The notes under the pieces are model-generated. The model saw only the letters and a list, made by a program, of their open reading frames with translations, had not been told where the DNA came from and did not search any database. The position numbers and the translations under genes were made by a program. From Octopus bimaculoides (lineage: Eukaryota): DNA of 64,000 bases. The stretch is from assembly GCF_001194135.2 (NCBI RefSeq), contig NC_068993.1, positions 2,546,603-2,610,602 on the forward strand, read 5' to 3'. Position 1 is the stretch's first letter, and every line of letters starts with the position of its first letter. Below are positions 25,365-37,577 of the stretch, one piece after another.

Positions 25365-26755
25365 TAACTATTCCAAGATTAAGATGTCACTGGCTGTCGA
25401 GATATGACTACAGAGAATCTGAACTTTATCACATAAATCTTTGGTTTTCCAGAAGTTACCTTTCTTTATGGTTCCTTTGCAAGTATTCTGTTTACCTGCA
25501 AGCATTTTCTGCACTGATGTCTTTGATGTTCAATAATAAACTCTGACTTACAACACATAAATTGTACAGTTTTTACTATTTAGAACAGTAAACTCCATCT
25601 CTCTCCATATCTTACTCAGAAGAAAAGTGCTACCATTGATAAAGATTTTATCATCTCTGTTCCAAATCTAGCAACACTTCTGTTAATATACACTGCCTTC
25701 AGAAGTTGGAGTCAGGAACCAAAGAAGTTGTAAAAATGTTGTCCTCTGTGTCATTAACAACAGCACTTCTGATAACATATGACACCACAAGAAACGAAGT
25801 TCTGGAACCCAAGATTCTTTTTGATAATCATTGAATCATCTCTATATCGTTTCTTGTGGCAGCTTTGGTAGTACACAGTACCTCCAGAATAAAGGATCAG
25901 GATACCAGTTTCCTCAAAACTGTTACTAAAGATTTTGCCCTCTTACATTGTTTCCTATAACTGTTTGGGTAACATCAGTACCACCTGAAGAGAAAGGCAG
26001 GGAGAGGAAACCAGGATGCTGTTACTAAAGATTTCATGATCACAATGTCATTTCTGGTAACAGTTCTGGTATTACAGAGACGAGAAATATTTTATTCTCT
26101 TTATACCATTTTTAAAAACAGCTCTCATAACATACTATAGAACCTGAAGGAAGAGCAAGGAAACGAGGATAATGCATCAGCTAGTACGACTGAGTTGTCA
26201 CATAATGTCTGTTGCCCATTCTATAAATAAAGTTTTCTTTTATAGAGAAAAGAAAAAAAGAGACACAGAGACGACTTAGGGCTAAATTTACAAGCAAGTT
26301 TTAAAATATCGAATATACGTTATTGTTACCTTTTCAACAGGTTTATAAAGAAGTGTCATTTCACATGTGCATACCCATAGACATATGCACAGATGGACAT
26401 GCAAATTGACATACACTCATCTCATACATGCACAGACACATATATATACACATGTGTACATTGACACAAATAAAGTACAGACACGAGTACAGTGACATTG
26501 GAAAATCGATCTCATAAAAGTAAAATATTTCAGCTAGTGTTGGCAATGGGATATAAAGCCATCAAGTGGAAGGCTGAAAGTCCATAAATATAGAAGGATA
26601 TAGGAAGATATATTGAATGACAAAAACAGATTCCACTTGTAATAGATGGATCAAAGGTTAGCAGTAGAAAACGATATCCACAAGTAAAATAGTCCATTCC
26701 ACCCAGGCAAGTATGGAAAAATCAATACAAAATGTTGATGATGATGATGATGATG

Positions 26756-26808
<53 letters not shown>

Positions 26809-27035
26809 TCTTACTGAATTTTGGCACAAGGCACAAATATAAACACACACACACATGCACAAACACAAAAACACACATACACCACAAATGCACAGACGTA
26901 TATACAAAACTGTGAGCACATGTGTGTTTCTATATACGTGTGTATATGTAAATATATGCATAAACAAATGCATACCTTACACACACATACACACATACAA
27001 ACACACACACACATGCACACACAGATAACTCTCTT

Positions 27036-27070
<35 letters not shown>

Positions 27071-27311
27071 TTTTCTGTTAGAGTTTCTCCTCTCTATATT
27101 TGCAGATATACATTTTATTACAATTTTCACAATTTGTTCATTCGTATTAAATATTCATAAACAATAAAAAATTAAAAAAATAAACATACAGTTTACTATT
27201 TCCATATGTATGTCTCCCAACGGACCTTTTTTGTGCATATATTATACATGTATATACACAGAGCGATATATTATTTAAATTCATATTTATGTATATACAC
27301 ACTATGAATGC

Positions 27312-27345
<34 letters not shown>

Positions 27346-27450
27346 AAACATCAATATTGTCTTAACATCTGCTTTTCCATGTTTGCATTGTATACACAAG
27401 ACGAGATGAGGCAGATTTCCAAACGCCACATGTTCTTCCTGATACCCATC
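27312..27450 (-). mobile_element. RTE-type retroposon 3' tail with (GAT)n
   Basis: Minus strand ATCAGGAAGAACATGTGGCGTTTGGAAATCTGCCTCA...ATGCAAACATGGAAAAGCAGATGTTAA, then (GAT)n. Confidence 0.6.
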
Positions 27451-27574
27451 CTCACAACAAACAGTTCAATGACCAAAAATGTTTCCATTGAAGTGTAGGT
27501 GCAATACAGTCAGATTGAAACCAAAACGACACGGCTGCAAAGCAAACTTGTTACCACAGATGTGGCTGCAGGGT

Positions 27575-27725
27575 CAAGCAAGGGGTTTTCTGTCCAGCAA
27601 CAAGGTTTCCACTTTAGTTCCATGAGATGGCCTGTTAGAGAAATGCCTTCTACTATAGCCTTGGGTAGATCAAAGCATTTTTGGTGGAATTGGTAGGGAG
27701 AAAATGAATGATGCCTGTCATACAT
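27575..27725 (+). mobile_element. SINE family A head, decayed
   Basis: GAAATGCCTTCTACTATAGCCTTGGGTAGATCAAAGC...GAATTGGTAGG. Confidence 0.55.
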
Positions 27726-28837
27726 ACATACATGTAACACACTGCCTAAATGCCAGTCTTGAGAAATTAGGCTTCTCAAAACCAGAAAGGAGAAAGCTAA
27801 TTCGAAGACTACCAATCCAAGCCATCACTGGAACTGTAAAAATCTGTAAAACTTTCCAGAAGTTTATCATTTAACCATATTACCACAGCTTATGGCATTC
27901 AAACCAATACGTCCAAGTTAGATTAGATGTGCACATTAATATTTGTTAGAAAGGTAGCTTCCATTACTAATATCCAATATTTACACATAAATATATATAT
28001 ATTTACATATATATTTACATATATATATATATANNNNNNNNNNNNNNNNNNNNNNNNNNNNNNNNNNNNNNNNNNNNNNNNNNNNNNNNNNNNNNNNNNN
28101 NNNNNNNNNNNNNNNNNNNNNNNNNNNNNNNNNNNNNNNNNNNNNNNNNNNNNNNNNNNNNNNNNNNNNNNNNNNNNNNNNNNNNNNNNNNNNNNNNNNN
28201 NNNNNNNNNNNNNNNNNNNNNNNNNNNNNNNNNNNNNNNNNNNNNNNNNNNNNNNNNNNNNNNNNNNNNNNNNNNNNNNNNNNNNNNNNNNNNNNNNNNN
28301 NNNNNNNNNNNNNNNNNNNNNNNNNNNNNNNNNNNNNNNNNNNNNNTATATATGTATATGTATGTATGTATGTATGTATTATGTATGTGTGTATATGTAT
28401 ATCAGCTGAGAAATCACATCATTCATTTCCCCAGTTACTTCCCCCTTTCTCTCAAATGCCTTATATACATTATGACTTATGTTAATTTTCTTTTAAGTAA
28501 TAATTGTTCTTATTTGTGTTTGGTGTTTTCATTTCTACTTGTCACTTATCATGAACTATCTTAAAAAATTCATAACTAATTTTGTTAGGTTGCTCTCCTT
28601 ATTACTGGTGCTGCTACTACTACTGCTGCTACTACTGCTGCTGTTGTTGTTGTTCTTTTCAGACCAAAGGGCAAACTTTTCTCCTATATCCTCAAAATTC
28701 CAATCAGTCAAAAGTATGGTAGATAACGCTTTGGCATTGACATTTCTGCAAAAATAATCTCTTAGTGAATAACCTTTGAATCAAAAACTTCTCTTTGTAG
28801 TTCAGGTTTTATGAATGTATCTTAATATATAATTCTG

Positions 28838-29115
28838 TTATCATCATCATCATCATCATCATCATCGTTATTATTATTATCATCATCATCATCATTATCC
28901 TCAACACTGTCATCATCATCACCATCATCATCTGCTTTGTTATCATCACCACCACCATCATCATCCTCATCACTGTCATCGTCGTCGTCGTCATCATTGT
29001 CATCATCATCGTCATCATCATCATCATCATTGTTGTCATCGTCATCATATCTATTATTTATATTATCATAGTTATCATTGTTGTTGCTACTACTACTACT
29101 ACTATTACTACTACA
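28838..29115. repeat. (CAT)n/(TAC)n trinucleotide cluster
   Basis: Direct inspection. Confidence 0.95.
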
Positions 29116-29694
29116 ACTGCTGCTTTTCTCTTTTTTACCCTCAGCAACTTTGATAAAGCTGCTTTATAAAAATCAAGCATGTAGTACTTCGTAGAAGGTC
29201 ATACGCATAAACATATAAATTGCATGCAGTTAATAAGTCTTGTTTGCAGTCAGTCAAATGTATGACATTTGTGTTCCAGGTAGAAATACATAATCATAGA
29301 ATGGAGAATGATGTCATTGTGTGGAATGCATAAGAAAATATGCCACAAGAAATGTTCTCTGGCTCCAATAAGAAACCCTTGCAAAACTGAATGCTTGTCA
29401 AGATTAGTTTTTAAGAGATTCCAAATCATTTGAACAAAACAAATTAAATTATATTTTTATATTCTAGTTAATGTTAAGGTTATTTCTGCAGATTATTCAA
29501 GCTTGTCTTTGATCTCATTGTTTGTTTACATCTGCCGCCTTGATATGAAACGGTGTAGCAAAAATCAGTGCTGGCTATAAGTTCTATAGAATATCTGTAG
29601 AAATAATCTTAACAAAATAATTTCTATAGCACTGCTAACACAGGAGAACATGGTGTTGTCTTATGAAAGACATTTAATATACTTTATAGGATTT

Positions 29695-30297
29695 CGTGGT
29701 TGCATTTGGGAGAGAGGGTGGATGTGAAACAGCTGTGACAGCAAGAGTGAGGCTTGGCTGGGTGCAGTTCAGGGAATGTGGAGCATTGTTATATGGGAAA
29801 AGGTTCTCATTAAAGATGAAAGGAAGGGTCTATAAGAGTTGTGTGAGAGCTGCGATGCTGTATGGGAGTGAAACATGGTGTCTGAGGGAGAGAGAATTTT
29901 GAGAAGGGCTGTGAGAGCAAGGGTGAGAGGAATGTGTGGTGTGAGGTTGTTTGATAAGAGGAGGACTGAGGATTTGATGAGGATGCTGGGGTTGGAGGAA
30001 TTGGTGGAACGGCTGGCAAGGGTACATGGAGTGCAGTGGTATGGGCATGTGTTGAGGAGGGTTGAAGAGCATGTTCTGAGAAGGGTGATTGCATCTGAGA
30101 TAAATGGAGCGCGAAAGTAAGGTAGACTGAGGAAAAGGTGAAGAGGACAGGTGGAGGAGGAGATTGGGAGGGTTGGTTTGAAAAAGGAGGATGCTCCAAA
30201 CTGATCAAGATGGCGAGATGGTGGGATGGCGGTTGCTATGGCATTGAGGAAGATCTGGCCACCCCCATTAATAGGGACAAAACCCAGATTTAAAACA

Positions 30298-30340
<43 letters not shown>
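29695..30340 (+). mobile_element. 5'-truncated RTE-clade LINE: C-terminal part of ORF, 3' UTR and (GAT)n tail; decayed
   Basis: GGCETAVTARVRLGWVQFRECGALLYGKRFSLKMKGRVYKSCVRAAMLYGSETW, frameshift near 29897, then LRRAVRARVRGMCGV...VQWYGHVLRR...ARK*GR; the LYGSETW and WYGHVLR motifs are typical of the RTE post-RT region; (GAT)n from 30301. Confidence 0.92.
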
Positions 30341-30342
<2 letters not shown>

Positions 30343-31084
30343 AGTGGTGGTGATGGTGATGGTGATGATGATGATGACAACAATGACAACAATGACAACA
30401 ATGCCGACGCTGATGTTGCCGATAGTGAAGATGGTGACAGCGATGATGACGAAACATTACTTAAAGACAGCTTTCTTAGTCTTTGAATTTCTGTAATTAC
30501 TGATTTGTGATCCCTTATCTTTTAAAACAGATTGAGTAGCTGTGATATTCCTTGATTTATCCAATACATCTATGAAATGGAAGAGAAGCAATTTCAAGAA
30601 CTATCTCTTGCTTCTTTTAATCATTTTCTGTCTCCAAATCTTCACCAAAGTTAATAGAGAATGTAAATTCAGGACAAAATGAATTTAGCTTTTGAAATTA
30701 ACTTTTTTTAAAGCTACGTATTATTTATTACTCTTTGTCTCCGTTTATTTTTCTCCAACTTTTAATTGCAATGAGTATTTTTCCATGTATTCCTATCAGT
30801 GTTGTGTACAGATTTATTTTATGAGAAACAGGTTACTGGTAAAAATAAATGGAGGCAAAAAAAAAATGGTTTAAAAACGTGCTTATTTGTTTTTGTTCAA
30901 GATTTCCTTGTTAACCAATTGTGTTCAGTGAAGTGCAGAGCAGTAAATTATCTCATGCTTTTGAGACACAAAACTTTGAAAGTATTTCATATTTAATACA
31001 CTTTCCACCTGAAACAATAAAAATCACATTTTCTGGTCATAAAACAATTGGCATAAAATAAGTTTTAGGAAATTGGTCATGTCA

Positions 31085-31256
31085 TCATTAAATGTCGTTG
31101 TTGTCGTCATCGTCATCATAACTATCATTATCATTGTCATCACCATCATCATTATCATCGTCGTCATCATCTTCTTTGTCACCTTCTTCATCATCATCAC
31201 AACTGCTACTACCACCACAACCAGTCATCACCACCAACATGGACACAATTATTACT

Positions 31257-31288
<32 letters not shown>

Positions 31289-31350
31289 AATTGTTATCCT
31301 TTTCCTCCTCCTCCTCATCATCATCATCATACCATCACCATCATCATGAC
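31085..31350. repeat. Imperfect (CAT)n array
   Basis: Direct inspection. Confidence 0.95.
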
Positions 31351-31377
31351 CATGTGAGCTTGTTAATGGAATATTAG

Positions 31378-31460
31378 GTATGGAGCTGTGGTTAAGACGT
31401 TGCCTTCTCAACAATATGGTTCTAGGTTCAGTCCTATGACACAGGCAATTGTCATCTACA
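31378..31460 (+). mobile_element. SINE family A head, decayed
   Basis: GCTGTGGTTAAGACGTTGCCTTCTCAACAATATGGTTCTAGGTTCAGTCC. Confidence 0.6.
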
Positions 31461-31604
31461 GGGGTTATTAAGAAAAAGGAGGGATACAGTGAAAAGGTGA
31501 CAGAGTGGGCTGTGTTGAGTGAATATACATAAAGGACAGGAATGCAGTAAAAATAAAGTAAAGACGAGGCAGGGTTAGAATTATGAGCCAACTAAATATC
31601 GGTT

Positions 31605-31815
31605 TTAAATTTTGGCACAAGGCCAGCAATTTTAGGGAAGTGTGTAGGTTGATTACATCAACCCCAGTACTCAACTGGTACTTATTTTATCAACCCTGAA
31701 AGGATAAAAGGTAAAGCTGATCTCAGCAGAATTTGAACTCAGAATGTAAAGATGGATAAAATGCTGCCAAGCCTTCTGCCCCACAGGCTAAGGATTCGGC
31801 CATCTTGCTGCCTTA
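31605..31815 (-). mobile_element. SINE family B, full length, decayed
   Basis: GGCACAAGGCC...CTGGTACTTATTTTATCAACCCTGAAAGGATAAAAGG...ATTTGAACTCAGAATGTAAAG is the reverse complement of family B. Confidence 0.85.
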
Positions 31816-32267
31816 TGAGCCAACAAAATATTAATGAAGTGTACCGTGACCCTGTCCCTACATCACTGTAAGTGTCTTGCTACCGATTTCATGCTAGATG
31901 GATTATATGGGGCTATTAAAAGTTATGTGTGTATATTATGCTGCCAGTAGCTAATCATGTGACTCTCCAAGGAAGTATATTGTTATAATATGAGTAAATC
32001 AATTTAATTCTATAGTCTCTTTATTACCATAGTACAGAATATGTTTATAAGTTTGGAGTAGAGATTTGAGAATAAAGTAGTACGTAATTTAATTGAGACT
32101 GCAGGATATAGAAAATATTGTAAATTATATTGTAGTAAATGTAATTATTTAATAAGTTCAATTAACTTTGTCAGAAAATATTTCGACCTGGCTATAGAAT
32201 TTGTCTGTTTCTTGAATCTCTTTATAGTTTATTGACAAAAGTGTGAGTTGGAAATTTATATATTTAG

Positions 32268-32384
32268 GCAATGGATGGGTTCAGTCCCACAGTGCATCAC
32301 CTTGGGCAAGTGTTTTCTACTATAGCTCTGGACCAGCTGATACCCTGTGAAGGAATTTGGTTGATGGAAACTGTGGGGAAGCCC

Positions 32385-32429
<45 letters not shown>

Positions 32430-32605
32430 GTGTGTGTGTGTGTGAGTGTATTTTTGCATCCTTGTTTGTTCCTTCTTGCTGCTTGTTTACATCTCTGTGA
32501 CTTAGTGGTTTAGCAAAACACCAGACTTAAAATCTGCTTGACTAATTCCATTCAATGTAATGCCCCAGCATGACCACAGTCCAAATTGAAGCAAGTGAAA
32601 GTAAG
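32268..32605 (+). mobile_element. SINE family A with expanded internal (TA)n(TG)n
   Basis: GGGTTCAGTCCCAC...CACCTTGGGCAAGTGTTTTCTACTATAGC...GCCCCAGCATGACCACAGTCC. Confidence 0.85.
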
Positions 32606-32656
32606 AAGATAAATATAGAATTCCTTATCTCTACATTGACCCAATGTCTTCATTTA

Positions 32657-32795
32657 TCCAGAGGTTCACCCTCAGTGAACATAAGTTTGATCACAGCTAT
32701 TCTAGCCATGACTATCCAATCATTTTTTGCTTAGTCTAAAGAATCAGTTTTTTTTTTTTAATGAATTCATGGAAATTTGGCTGTTATTTTTGTAA
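32657..32795 (+). repeat. Dispersed repeat family D, copy 3
   Basis: ATTCTAGCCATGACTATCC and AATTTGGCTGTTATTTT blocks. Confidence 0.5.
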
Positions 32796-32800
32796 ACTCA

Positions 32801-32983
32801 AGTACAAATGTCTTGTTTTCATAAGTTTTGAATTAAAATTTTCCACCAAACTTTAGTCACAATTTATGTTCCTAACACTAGCTTAATGATAACTAAGTTA
32901 TTTTACTAAATATTTTGTTATATTTAAAGTAACTGAAAGAAACACAGAGCATATCAACAGAAATACGGTAACGAAAGGGTTAG
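32801..32983. mobile_element. One end of a putative piggyBac-like MITE
   Basis: Ends in GGTAACGAAAGGG-TTAG, i.e. a CCCTTT-type terminus beside a near-TTAA site; other end not found; family recalled from memory, not verified. Confidence 0.35.
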
Positions 32984-34084
32984 GGTTAGGAGATGGGTGG
33001 GTAATGGTGACTAGAATGTCAGGTGGATCGAGACTGTCGTTGGTGATAATAATACAATATAGACTTTCGCTTGGATATAGATTTAGACTTTTGCTTGTAG
33101 TATATAAGATTGTATACAAAACTGCTATCTGTGCCAGTAGTTGAATATAGAGGTGTATAGAGAATGCTGTTTGTGTTAATACTAGAATATAGGGGTGGCT
33201 AGAGAGAGAGAGAGAGAGATTAGGAAGTGGATAGAGACTGTTGATAATGATAATAATAGTCTTAAGCTCATAAATATGAATGACTATAATACATGAAATT
33301 AACTGGAAATATTTCAGTAAACTACTTAAGCATCATGAGACACAGTTGACAGTAAACCAAAAGAAGCTATTGATGGTTGTACTTTAGTATATTATAGAAT
33401 TCTGCTGTCAGCTGCTAATTCTTTATTGCAAACTAATGTTACTCAGCAGAACAGAGCAATATTTTAGCTGCTCAGCAATAAATTCGCTGATAAATATAAA
33501 ATATTGTGATTTAGGAACTTAAATTGTGTAGTATAACTCTTTCGCCACATAGCCATGTCTCATCTCTGACCGACAGTCAAAGAATGCTTCTGGTAAAAGA
33601 GGGAGACAAACGTTCTTGAACTTTTGATTCTAGAACCAAAATGAAATGAAATTTACAATTAAAGAATATGTCTGTTTCTTCCTCTGTTTATTTTATTCTC
33701 TCTCTCTATGTCAATGGTTTAGAAATAACTTTTAGAAATGTAATTTTGAATTCAATTAACAAATAATATAAATGTAATTGTCAATCAGCTTTACTGATGA
33801 GATATAAGCGATATTAAAATGTTGTGTTTTGAGGTGATGGCAAAAAGAAGCATCGATATTGAATGTTTAACTAGATCTGAACAATCTTGAACATTTATCC
33901 TTGCTGTCATCTTCATTGTTGTTGTTGTCATTGTCGTCATCATTTACAGGCAACATGTAACAGGCTTTGTCTAATTGCTTTAGGTACCTATGTAACCACA
34001 AGCAGCTATGGATGAGCTCTTGGTCCCTCTATCTATGACCCAGTATCATAGCCAAAATGTGATAGATGGAGGGTGAGAGGGCTG

Positions 34085-34212
34085 TGCCCACATTAAGCTG
34101 GTACTTATTTACAGTTAAATTGACTTAAGCAACAGGAAATGAAGTGCTTTGCTTGGTCTAAGGTTTGAACCAAAGATATGATTGTCAGCTAGACACTCCT
34201 GCCAACAAGCCA
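34085..34212 (-). mobile_element. Decayed tRNA-type SINE (same group as 54255-54411)
   Basis: GCAACAGGAAATGAAGTGCTTTGCT and GGTTTGAACC (reverse B box). Confidence 0.45.
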
Positions 34213-35226
34213 TGTGTCTTTCCCAAATGGAACACAACTGGGATAGGAAGATGACAACAGTGGAATTTTAAAGTGCTGCTCTTACAATTTCCTCATGCAG
34301 ATCATCACGAAGCTTCAGAGATCTTACCGTTTCATTGCAATGTCATGAGTTCTGTTTCTAGGGAACCTATCACTTAATCCTGACTCTGAACTTCGTTGAA
34401 TTTTAAAGTTTTAAGTCTCCTGTCTAATGACACAATAAAAACATATAACCGAGTTCTGAAGTCATGAAATATAAACTAGCAATCAATCAATTTATAGCAA
34501 TCTGTTATATGAACCCTAGTATATTACTGGTGCTTCATTTATAAATCTTAAAGGGATGATAAGTAAAGTTAATTGCCTTAGGAATGAAGAAGAGGTAGAG
34601 AGGACATTGCTAGGTATTTTGTGCTTTACAGCTTCTTCCAAATTTCAGATACATTTTAATTAAGCTGTAATTAAAACTTGATTGTAAAAAAAATAATAAT
34701 AATGATCTTTTGTTTATGGCCATCATTTAAATAATCTGCTTTTAACTATTGCTCGATCTGAAGTCTTTTAATTAATAGGAAAAGATTTGATAAAATAGTT
34801 GTTGATATTTTGTTTTATTAGCAGAAAAAAGAATGAGATATATAATAAATGTAAAAAAAAAAGATAAAAAGGAAGAAATAATTACTTTTCCCTTGATTAA
34901 ATCATTTTCTGCTGCCACCCACCACAATCCCTGCCAACACCCATCTCATACTTCCATGTACATTTTCAATGTGGAACGAATATAAGGAAATATACTACAT
35001 TATAGATGGTCGTCGTCGTTATCATCACTGTCATAACCATCATCACCATGATGATCATTGTTGTCATCGTCATCATCATCATTTATGTCCATTCTCCATT
35101 CTGGTATGAGTTGGATGCTTTGAGTGGATCAGGTGACCCAGAGGATCATGCCATGCACCAATATTTGTTTCAATATATTTCCTATTGTTGAATGCCCTAA
35201 ACCTCTAAGCTATCTATCTATCTATC

Positions 35227-35275
<49 letters not shown>

Positions 35276-35501
35276 NNNNNNNNNNNNNNNNNNNNNNNNN
35301 NNNNNNNNNNNNNNNNNNNNNNNNNNNNNNNNNNNNNNNNNNNNNNNNNNNNNNNNNNNNNNNNNNNNNNNNNNNNNNNNNNNNNNNNNNNNNNNNNNNN
35401 NNNNNNNNNNNNNNNNNNNNNNNNNNNNNNNNNNNNNNNNNNNNNNNNNNNNNNNNNNNNNNNNNNNNNNNNNNNNNNNNNNNNNNNNNNNNNNNNNNNN
35501 N

Positions 35502-35547
<46 letters not shown>

Positions 35548-35634
35548 ATAATTCATAAAAAAACAAAAGACGAAGACAAGTTGTGTAGAAAACAAACAGA
35601 TGTAACAGTATAACGATCGGTAAGTGAAAAAGTC
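35548..35634 (-). mobile_element. Truncated copy of the 9351-9515 repeat
   Basis: AAAACAAAAGACGAAGACAAG...AACAAACAGATGTA...AAGTGAAAAAGTC; lacks the hammerhead segment; 3' end abuts (TA)n. Confidence 0.7.
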
Positions 35635-35976
35635 ATGACTGACCATGGGATTGCACTTAGAAAGTTACCTTCCGATACATAAGTCTGGGCAAGGTTGTTT
35701 ATGGAAGACCAGCAGTTGACCATGCATACCAGCCTTCCCTCTCCATGCCACCGATGTTATCCAAGGGAAAGGCAAACAGTCAATACAGCTTGGCACCATT
35801 GACGTCGCAGCTCATTTATTAATATGCAAGTGGCTGAGCACTCCACAGACATGTGTACCCTTAACATAGTTCTCGTGGATATTCAGCGTGACACAGAGTG
35901 TGACAAGGCTGGCCCCTTTGAATTACAGGTACAATAGAAACAGGAAGAAAGAGTGAGAGAAAGTCGTGGTGAAAGA
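35635..35976. mobile_element. Composite of two SINE-like repeat segments running into a gap
   Basis: GC-richer, CpG-retaining block with a junction near 35820; recalled as common octopus retroposon sequence; not confirmed by a second copy in the window. Confidence 0.45.
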
Positions 35977-36166
35977 NNNNNNNNNNNNNNNNNNNNNNNN
36001 NNNNNNNNNNNNNNNNNNNNNNNNNNNNNNNNNNNNNNNNNNNNNNNNNNNNNNNNNNNNNNNNNNNNNNNNNNNNNNNNNNNNNNNNNNNNNNNNNNNN
36101 NNNNNNNNNNNNNNNNNNNNNNNNNNNNNNNNNNNNNNNNNNNNNNNNNNNNNNNNNNNNNNNNNN

Positions 36167-36208
<42 letters not shown>

Positions 36209-37334
36209 CACACTGCATTTCTTCTTCTCACATTGTTTTCCATGGTTATTGTAATCATCATCATCATTATCATCACTGTTGTCATTGTTGTTGTTGTAGT
36301 CCATATTATTATTGCTATTACTATTGTTATCATCATTGTTAATATTATTGTATATCTTTATTCGGTTGGCTTTGGCATTGGAATTGATGAACCTAGACAA
36401 AAACCCAGAAAACCGTAACATTTAATATCATTATTGTGGATCCATTTCTGGAAAAGCATCCTTGTTCAAGTAATCACGAAAGATATCTAAGAGCTGTTAA
36501 TTGCTGAAACCTGTTTGATTCTGTTGTTATAAGTGCTTCATTGCCAATTGTTTATACATTATTTTGTACTTGTTGTTATAGTTGTTGTTGTCAATGAATA
36601 TATGTTGTTTTAGCTAATGAACTATTTCACAATTGGTGAAAGCCACACAGAGTGTGTTTGGAAGTCAATAACAAAAGTAAGTTAATCAACAAAAATCTGT
36701 AGAGAAAAATATCTAATAATAGATATGTGTGTCTGTGTGTATGAGTGAATTATTTACACACGAACACATACATACACGCACACACACATTATATACATAT
36801 GCATATATACATGTGTGCGTGTGTGTGTGTGTAAACAAACTTTGTTTCCTAGAATTTTACTCTACTCTTCACAAGAAAACTTTTCCCTTTCGTGTTTCCT
36901 GCAGCTTTAATATACACTGGTTTGGATTTCTAAATTTGGATATGGCAATCATTTTCATTAATTTTGTAACATTTTTATGGAGAATTGTCTTTAGTTGTCT
37001 TTCTTTCATTTGCCATTTCTATAGTTGAATGAAGAAAACAAGCAGTGTTTTGATACAAGCTACGGACAATGCTTCAGATCAAAAGTATATGAAATAATAG
37101 GACTATGTGCATAAAAAGCTAAAACAAAAAAACTTATGATGATAAACCAAATCAGGATACGACCACACAGAGATGGTGGCTTAACATTCTTCCAAAATAC
37201 AGGCAGACAAAAAGTGGACAAATACAATATCAAAGAAAATTACTTCAAAGTGCTCATCCTCAAAATTTCTGTCTAAATCAATCTAATCATCTTAAAACTT
37301 ATAAACTTAACAATAAACGTAAGGACAAGGGGCA

Positions 37335-37511
37335 ATTTTTTCCTCCTCCATTTTCCTGTCTTTGGACTTTCCTTGTTTCCGACGAAGAGCTCCGCTCGAA
37401 ACGTCATACTCTCTCTCTTTCCTTTCCCGAGTGTCTAGTAACACTATCTGTATCACGTCCTCACGTTGTTATTTTTTGTTGTTGTTTTTTTGTCTTTTTC
37501 CTTTTTTTGAA

Positions 37512-37512
<1 letters not shown>
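37335..37512 (+). mobile_element. Short Penelope-like/retrozyme-like repeat (second subfamily) with hammerhead-like motif
   Basis: GACGAAGAGCTCCGCTCGAAACGTC followed by a T-rich tail that ends at a (TA)n array; same architecture as 9351-9515. Confidence 0.6.
37375..37409 (+). ncRNA. Minimal type-I hammerhead-ribozyme-like motif (U4C core)
   Basis: GUUU-CCGACGA-A-GAGC(UCC)GCUC-GAAA-CGU-C-AUAC: intact GAAA, GUC cleavage triplet, 4-bp stem II, palindromic ACGU stem III, stem I 3 of 4 pairs. Confidence 0.55.

Positions 37513-37577
<65 letters not shown>

Noticed and set aside
32977-32990. GGGTTAGGGTTAGG telomere-like sequence
   Set aside because: Only about two units and overlapping a probable transposon end; not an interstitial telomere array.
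35625-35645. Truncation of the 35.6-kb repeat within a few nt of the predicted ribozyme cleavage site
   Set aside because: The junction AGTC could equally belong to the adjacent repeat, so microhomology-mediated deletion or insertion explains it as well.
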